Assembly (NCBI RefSeq): GCF_006345805.1 | Contig: NW_021825716.1 | Location: forward strand, 1-15,038 | DNA length: 15,038 nucleotides | Direction of reading: 5' to 3' | DNA from: Octopus sinensis | Lineage: Eukaryota | In this document: positions 10,019 to 15,038 of the stretch, one piece after another | Position numbering within the stretch: the stretch's first letter is position 1 | How the letters are laid out: each line of letters begins with the position of its first letter | Made by a program: the position numbers and the translations under genes | Notes under the pieces: model-generated | What the model saw: the letters and a program-made list of their open reading frames with translations, nothing else | Told to the model about the DNA's origin: nothing | Databases searched by the model: none

Positions 10019-10250
10019 AGGAAAATTCGCCGTAAGAAATTTCGCCGTATGTTCAATGATAAACTATATTATATCAGCAGTTTTTGAAACATACAAAAAA
10101 AAACTGATAAAATGTTTTATAAACGCATTAAATAGGAACGTCTTTATTCAACGTCAAACTGTTAAAAATGTGATGAAGTCATTTAAAATGAAATGTATTA
10201 TGGCGAATTTTCCTACGGCAAAAATGTTTACGGTAAAATGTCCTATAACC
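10019..10250. mobile_element. Probable non-autonomous DNA transposon remnant with inverted ~15-bp subterminal repeats
   Basis: A perfect 13-bp inverted pair, aggaaaattcgcc (10019-10031) / ggcgaattttcct (10202-10214). There are two motif copies on the left and three inverted copies on the right. No TSD was found. Confidence 0.5.
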
Positions 10251-11777
10251 ATATCTATCATGTATTGTACAGATATCGATTCCTTTGCCTGTCGTTCTCA
10301 ACAAGTCGATAAAATAAATAAAAGGCCGAATACGGTCAATTTGACATTCCTGTAAAACGTAAATGGATTTATACAAAAAGACTAATGCAGAGAATCTCCC
10401 CGTTGTATAACAATGTGCCCAGCAGTAACCCTTAGGTTATTCCAAGGACTATCAACTTGATATATTTCTGAGACGAAATAGCTCTTATTTGGGTATATTA
10501 TTCGTTTCCGCTTTGTACCCACAAAGAGTTACAGCTCCGAAACAGTTACATAGTCATCAAGAGTCTTCAAGATCAAGACTTGCATGTCCATGTCAACCCT
10601 TACCCACTACATTTCATTCCGTATCACCTCACCCTTCACTACAAGTTCGCACTTTACTACAACCGTGCTGACGAGCCGCTGTTCCTGTCTTTTGTTGTTA
10701 CCTTCGTATCATATCGTCTGATGAACGGTTGTACTAATGTATAGGAGGGATATTTCGACGTGCTTTCATGTCTTCTTATTTTCAAAACCAGGTTCATACC
10801 GTCATAAGTCCTACCTATCAATAGAACACATATGATGTCACGTGTCGTCTAAGCTTCATGAGACTGTTTCCGGCTTGCATGAAACAGATACGTCTTTTCT
10901 CTTTCTTGCCCGTACCTAAATAAATCCTACAGGAAAAGATGCACTCTCTTATGTAACACACATGTTCCTTTCTCTGACTAGATGCGACCTGTGCTTAAAA
11001 CCTCACTTTGACTTATAATGCTAACAAAGAAGTTATTGCTCGTACTTTTATTAACATCAAAAAATTTGCGCTGTACTTGTTAGTTTTATTCAAGTCATGC
11101 ACGTTTAAGTTATGGCGTATTAAATAGAGACTGTCAATGCTTATCAACAATGTATCTTTCACTTTTTCATTCGCTTTCGTGTATTCAAAATTTTGCAGGT
11201 ATATTGTATATATTTTCGGTGAGAGGGAAGTTTGCGTCATTGCCATTTTTCTCTTTGTTGCTAGTGCCTACTTCCTCCGTTCTTCTGAGAGTAAAAGCTA
11301 TGATATATAGAATTATTGAATGTAAACACATGATCTTTTTAGAAGCAATTAAGTATCTGAAAGACAAATCTTTCCTCTGCTACATGTTATGAAATAGATG
11401 TAAACGCGTTTGCAAAATGAACGAAGATAAAATTTACCACTGCTCAAAAAGTTACACACAATTGAAAACAACCCTTGTTATGTGCAGACTACAACATATT
11501 CAAGACTATCAATTTAATATACACGCAATGACGACAGCGATAAGAACAACAACAGCAACAATGATACTAATAAAGTTGTGAAAGGAACGATTTGTCCACT
11601 ATGAGAGAGAAGAACGTGATGCAAAGTGATGAAGAGAGCTGGTTTTGAGCAAAAGAAAAGGAAAGATTGATAACAAAAAGAAATAGGAGAAGTGAATAAA
11701 AACAATAATGATAATAATAGTTTCTACAATACGCACAATGTCTTATATTAAGGAAGAAAGAGACTACTTGATCACAA

Positions 11778-11890
11778 CGACCCAGTACTCGTCCGAATTG
11801 ATGAATGACAAAGTCGTGCTGGGTGGGATTTCAAGACAGAAAGTAAAGACTGACAAAATGCTGATAAATATTTTGTTCAGCTTGCCGCCT
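11778..11890 (-). mobile_element. Degraded family-B-like SINE, 5' half
   Basis: Plus-strand gatgaatgacaaagtcgtgctgggtgggatttcaagacagaaagt...cagcttgccgcct aligns loosely to the reverse complement of the family-B head and central block. Confidence 0.5.
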
Positions 11891-11995
11891 TAATAATCCT
11901 TCTTGCTATAGGCACAAGGCCTGGAATTTTGGGAAATTGGAGCTAGTCGATTATATTGACCGCAGTACCAAACTGGTACATATTTTATCGACCCC
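11891..11995 (-). mobile_element. Family-B-related SINE, 3' half with a different tail
   Basis: The minus strand reads ggggtcgataaaatatgtaccagtttggtactgcggtcaatataatcgact, then ...ggccttgtgcctatagcaagaaggattatta. Confidence 0.65.
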
Positions 11996-12314
11996 TCATG
12001 TGGTGCTGATTATTCAGCGTGGTAGCGGCGGCGCCGACAGCTGCAAAGGAGAATATATCCACTGGCAGCTTTTTGATGTGTTTAAAAATCACATACCAAC
12101 CCCTACCACTTTTCCATGGTAAGGTTAGTTCCTAGAATCTTCCAAACAGACGCATGACATGTCAATCAATCGAATTAGCCCTTCATGTACTCCACAAATG
12201 TTTTGTCGTCAATATTGAAATTCCCCGTATCACATGTTTTAACTTCACTGTACCGTATATAGAAACTATGCCGTTTAAATCCCGAGCAACGCCGGGTATA
12301 TCTGTTTGAACCAT

Positions 12315-12450
12315 AGCAGCAACAACAGTAACAGCAGCAACACCAGCAGCAGTAACAGCAGCGAACAACAACATGGACAACGACAACAATAGCAATAATA
12401 ATAATAATAATGATGATGATAATAATAATAATAATAATAATGATAATAAT

Positions 12451-12512
<62 letters not shown>

Positions 12513-12529
12513 TATAATAATAATAATAA

Positions 12530-12567
<38 letters not shown>

Positions 12568-12768
12568 TATTACTGAAAGATTTATCAACTTTGAATGAGA
12601 AGCTAAGAGAAGAGTGAGAGAGAGGGAAAGAGAGAGAGAGAGAGCGCGAGAGAAGGAGAGAGAGAGAGAGAGAGAGAGAAGAATTTAGCAAAGAAAAACT
12701 TGATTGATAAAAGAAGACAATAACAACTGTGTATAACAGTAATAATAATAATAATGATAATACTAATG

Positions 12769-12833
<65 letters not shown>

Positions 12834-12838
12834 TAATG

Positions 12839-12871
<33 letters not shown>

Positions 12872-12892
12872 TAATAATAATAATAATAATAT
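12315..12892. repeat. Compound microsatellite: CAG/CAA-rich (12315-12392), (AAT)n (12393-12568), (GA)n (12607-12678), (AAT)n (12740-12892)
   Basis: Visible tri- and dinucleotide runs; these explain the poly-I/L/Y ORFs. Confidence 0.95.
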
Positions 12893-13231
12893 GATTCTTT
12901 TTTTTTTCTTTCATCAAAAACTATCTCCGCGTTAAAATGCAGCAGAAACATATCGAAATACGTAAACTGAAATGAAATGTCTGTAAAAAGTGCGTAATGG
13001 GAAAAATGTTATCGATTAATATTTGAAAATATCAATTTAAAAAACTTGGAATTCTATTTTATCGTGTGAAAAAGAAACGAGTTTTATGTCAACTGAATGA
13101 TTATGTGTTGCATTTCTCCGTGATTTGTAAACTATTTTTTCATGTTTTCCCCCGTTTTTTTTAATCAATTGGGATTTCCTATTCCCTTGAAAACATGACC
13201 CGGACACATTCCGTTTCATTTCGATATCTGT

Positions 13232-13370
13232 AGGCGAAGGTATGGCTGTGTGGTTAGAAGCTTGCTACCCAACCACATGGTTCCGGGTAAAGGTCTTCTA
13301 CTATAGCCTACCAAAAGCTTTGTGAGTGGATTTGGTAGGCGGAAACTCAAAGTAGGCGTAAACTGAAAGT
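13232..13370 (+). mobile_element. Internally deleted, 3'-truncated family-A SINE
   Basis: aggcgaaggtatggctgtgtggttagaagcttgctacccaaccacatggttccgggt, then gtcttctactatagcc and gctttgtgagtggatttggtaggcggaaact. It is colinear with 4767-4930 apart from deletions. Confidence 0.8.
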
Positions 13371-13371
13371 A

Positions 13372-14466
13372 CAAGGTGGCGAGCTGGCAGAAACGTACTG
13401 AGTTCAAATTCCGCCGAGGTCGACTTAGCCTTTCACACTTTCGGTGTCGATTAAATAAGTACCAGTTACGCACAGGAGTCGATATAATCAACTTAATCCG
13501 TCTGTCTGTCCTTGTTTGTCTTCTCTGTGGGTAGTAAAGAAATAGGTATTTCGTCTGCCGCTACGTTCTGAGTTCAAATTCCACCGAGATCGACTTAACC
13601 TTCCATCCTTTCGGTGTCGATTAAATAAGTACCAGTTACGCACTGGAGTCGATATAATCAACTTAATCAGTCTGTCTGTCCTTGTTTGTCCCCTCTATTT
13701 TTAGCCCCGTGTGGGTAGTAATGAAATAGGTATTTCGTCTGCCGTTACGTTCTGAGTTCAAATTCCGCCGAGGTCGACTTTGCTTTTCATCCTTTAGGGG
13801 TTGATAAATTGAGTACCAGTTACGCACTGGGGTCGATATAATTGACTTAATCAGTCTGTCTGTCCTTGTTTGTCCTCTCTGTGTTTAGCCCCGTGTGGGT
13901 AGTAAAGAAATAGGTATTTCGTCTGCCGTTACGTTTTGAGTTCAAATTCCGCCGAGATCGACTTTGCCTTTCATCCTTTCGGGGTCGATTAAATGTGTAC
14001 CAGTTACGCGCTGGGTTCGATATAATCGACTTAATCAGTCTGTCTGCCCTTGTTTGTCCTCTCTGTGTTTATCCCCGTGTGGGTAGTAAAGAAATAGGTA
14101 TTTCGTCTGCCGCTACGTTCTGAGTTCAAATTCCGCCGAGGTCGACTTTGCCTTTCATCCTTTCGGGGTTGATAAATTGAGTACCAGTTACGCACTGGGG
14201 TCGATATAATCGACTTAATCAGTCTGTCTATCCTTGTTTGTCCTCTCTGTGTTTAGCCCCGTGTGGCTAGTAAAGAAATAGGTATTTCGTCTGCCGTTAC
14301 GTTTTGAGTTCAAATTCCGCCGAGGTCGACTTTGCCTTTCATCCTTTCGGGGTTGATAAATTGAGTAACAGTTACGCAATGAGGTCGATGTAATCGACTT
14401 AATCCCTTTGTCTGTCCTTGTTTGTCCCCTCTATTTTTAGCCCCTTGTGGTCAATAAAGAAATAAG
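13372..14466 (+). repeat. Tandem array of six family-B SINE bodies (184-bp period) behind one SINE head
   Basis: Units restart with gtatttcgtctgccg at 13546, 13730, 13914, 14098 and 14282, an exact 184-bp spacing. The first unit carries the head caaggtggcgagctggcagaaacgt at 13372, and the last ends in caataaagaaataag. Confidence 0.95.
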
Positions 14467-15038
14467 AAGTGCCTACCGACGACCATTCTGTGAGGAAGTG
14501 TGTAAAAAAAAAACAGAACAAAGAGCCTGGCAAAATGTTTGAGGAATAACATCAAAGAACGGATTGGAAATATGACAAGACCCTGGCTGATTGCATCCAT
14601 GCAGCGAAGTACATATGGAACTAGAAACTCTTGGCAAGCGGAGCCCGGACAAAAATATGGCACCTAGGTAATAACATCTATACGCGCGGGCGGGCGTGTG
14701 TGCGTGTGTGAGTGTGTGTCTGTGTGTGTGTGTTAAGGTTCTGAAAAAGTTGAAAATCGGACTATGACTAATACAGCATAACCCGATTGTGCGGAGGATG
14801 AAAATTCAGCTATTATAGAAATTCAGGGTATCGCACCGGTAAAATCCAGGGTGTGTCTAGCGGAGAGTGAAATATAATCGATATAAGAAGACAAGAGAGA
14901 GTGTAATTACCAGTTACGATTGTTTGGGTACCACTCTGTTTTTAACGCCATTGCTTGGAAAAGTTGGACGTGGAAATATTCAATGTTTTATAGATGAGAG
15001 TGGCGCCTCATCAGAGTTGCATCAAAAAGTGCGCTGTA

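Noticed and set aside
10658-10733. 9-bp inverted repeat (tacaaccgt/acggttgta) enclosing CTGACGA and CTGATGA, suggestive of a hammerhead
   Set aside because: There is no GAAA, stem II or stem III between the arms, so the topology cannot be completed.
12175-12951. Poly-Ile/Leu/Tyr ORFs resembling membrane proteins
   Set aside because: These are translations of (AAT)n and (GA)n microsatellites. The same applies to the YI/CV/HT-repeat ORFs elsewhere and the poly-Thr ORF at 8922-9209.
13372-14466. Regularly spaced repeats as a CRISPR array or tRNA gene cluster
   Set aside because: Units are homologous along their whole length with no unique spacers and no cas genes. They lack the A box and cloverleaf of tRNA genes and match the SINE monomer at 8267-8467.

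Overview
Repeat-dense, AT-rich eukaryotic DNA with no host exon I can support. The SINE families and microsatellite load suggest an octopus/coleoid cephalopod intron or intergenic region (inferred from recognition, not a search). Nearly all supplied ORFs are microsatellite or low-complexity artefacts. The first ~3 kb is a rearranged Penelope-like retroelement (PLE). It has a frameshifted reverse-transcriptase fragment of Naiad-type appearance (minus strand, ~214-830), a ~213-bp inverted duplication (1-213 / 1795-2008), and a near-canonical minimal type I hammerhead ribozyme with a palindromic stem III (2866-2943, +). Two further, degenerate hammerhead-like motifs occur at 5068-5102 and 14930-15020 (both minus). 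The rest holds several copies of two tRNA-derived SINE families, a hAT-type MITE with TIRs and an 8-bp TSD, another probable DNA-element remnant, and long microsatellites. There is also a six-unit head-to-tail array of a 184-bp SINE body behind a single SINE head (13372-14466). The best leads are the hammerhead with its inverted-arm PLE and the tandem SINE array.
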